64,000 nt of DNA from Phycisphaerae bacterium (lineage in GTDB: Bacteria > Planctomycetota > Phycisphaerae > UBA1845 > PWPN01): assembly GCA_018003015.1 (NCBI GenBank), contig JAGNEZ010000008.1:97599-161598 (forward strand), written 5' to 3'. The notes beneath the pieces were generated by a model. That model saw nothing but the letters and a program-made list of their open reading frames with translations, was not told the origin of the DNA and did not search any database. Positions 63,207 to 64,000 of the stretch are shown here, piece after piece; within the stretch, counting starts at the first letter, position 1, and every line of letters starts with the position of its first letter. Made by a program: the position numbers and the translations under genes.

Positions 63207-63914
63207 TTATCCTCTCGCACTTGCAGTGACCTGCTTCTCCTTGTCGATGAGCGCATCCAGTAACGCCTCCCGACTCTCGACCTCCATCAGCCGCTCGATC
63301 GTCTCCTGATCCAGAATCCTCATCAGTCGGGCGAGGACCCGCAGGTGATGACGATCGTCATGACAGCAGATCAGGAAGAAGAGCCGGCTCAGGTCGTGAT
63401 ACGGCGATCCGAAGCCGATGCCCTTGGACAGTCGACCAACGCAAATCAGCGGCTCGGCCGAAGCGTAAGGCATCGGCTGACGGGGGTGGGGAATAGCGAC
63501 ACCGTACATCAGCGCGGTCGAACAGAGAGCCTCGCGCTGCTCCAGGGCTTCCAGGAGTCCCTTGGCATCAAACAGCTGCCCGGTCCGCTCGGCCAACTTG
63601 ACCAGTTCCCGGAGAACCGAGGCCCGGGTCCGGGCCGGCAAGTTCGCGTCAACCCCTTCCCAGCCAATCAGACTCGTGACGATCAGGTCGCCAGACTCCG
63701 CCCCCATCGTCTGTTCCAGGCTGATAAGCCGCTGCTCGTCGAACGTGTGCATCTTCACCTGGAGCCATTCCGTGATCTGGGCCCGATTAAAGCGCCACTC
63801 TCCTCCGACCTTGTGACCGGGAAGCTCCCCACGATCCGCCATGCGCCGAACCGCCCGGGCATCCATACCCACGTGCTTCGCGAAGTCGTCCAAGCTCAGA
63901 TTGCGGTAAGGCAC
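63207..63914 (-). CDS. HTH (excisionase/MerR-like) DNA-binding domain fused to a PTS EIIA(Ntr)-type domain
   Basis: 235 aa, GTG start after GAGGTGG. The N-terminus is LSLDDFAKHVGMDARAVRRMADRGELPGHKVGGEWRFNRAQITEWL. The EIIA-2 core has YGVAIPHPR (the phosphorylatable-His motif). Confidence 0.8.
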   Translation of the reverse strand: MPYRNLSLDDFAKHVGMDARAVRRMADRGELPGHKVGGEWRFNRAQITEWLQVKMHTFDEQRLISLEQTMGAESGDLIVTSLIGWEGVDANLPARTRASVLRELVKLAERTGQLFDAKGLLEALEQREALCSTALMYGVAIPHPRQPMPYASAEPLICVGRLSKGIGFGSPYHDLSRLFFLICCHDDRHHLRVLARLMRILDQETIERLMEVESREALLDALIDKEKQVTASARG

Positions 63915-64000
63915 GGCGCCACCTCTAGATCAAACAGCAGCAATGATGAGCCTCATCCTACGCCAATTCCACCCGGAAGGTAAGCCCGGGGATGGAAACG

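Noticed and set aside
1-64000. CRISPR arrays, rRNA genes, intact IS elements/transposases, and recognisable defence systems (restriction-modification, toxin-antitoxin, Cas, retron RT)
   Set aside because: Reading both strands, I saw no regularly spaced direct repeats, no rRNA-like sequence, and no transposase, RT or nuclease signature proteins. This was a by-eye inspection, so short or degenerate repeats could have been missed.

Overview
Visibly GC-rich bacterial chromosomal segment (GC not computed), densely coding, with no rRNA, CRISPR array or intact transposase seen. Gene content points to Planctomycetota, possibly Phycisphaerae-like (inference). The supporting genes are prepilin-type 'pseudopilins' with DUF1559/H-X9-DG-like tails, a DUF1501 protein, a formylglycine sulfatase, an ECF sigma factor paired with a Ser/Thr kinase, a PEP-CTERM protein, and secreted proteins with Cys-bracketed dockerin-like C-termini.

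Layout, left to right:
- 1-9.5 kb (minus strand): polysaccharide-utilisation-like run of sulfatase, two large glycoside-hydrolase-like proteins, RhaT, a CE4 deacetylase and an M24 peptidase.
- 9.5-10.9 kb: two truncated gene remnants abutting head-to-head.
- 11-17 kb: TAT-signal protein, DUF1501 protein and two divergent DegT-type aminotransferases.
- 18-26.8 kb (plus strand): ECF sigma, Ser/Thr kinase, pseudopilin and a 1,815-aa beta-helix/dockerin surface protein.
- 26.7-32.3 kb (minus strand): methyltransferase, a 755-aa GreA fusion, a secreted unknown protein and BirA.
- 32.4-34.4 kb: convergent pair of FemAB-like genes.
- 35.4-38.2 kb: second pseudopilin plus dockerin-protein pair.
- 38.4-42.2 kb: polyferredoxin, TPR protein with a Cys-rich tail, and a PEP-CTERM protein.
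- 42.3-58.5 kb (minus strand): tightly coupled six-gene MoxR/DUF58/BatA-type operon ending in a 2,876-aa vWA-vWA-TPR megaprotein.
- 58.9-59.4 kb: integrase remnant next to tRNA-Lys(UUU).
- 59.8-63.9 kb: third dockerin-tailed protein, an AAA+ ATPase and an HTH-EIIA regulator.

The best candidates for something undescribed are the MoxR/vWA mega-operon, the recurrent pseudopilin + Cys-bracketed-dockerin pairing under ECF/kinase control, and the long GreA fusion operon. All functional calls come from motif and family recognition by eye. No searches were run.
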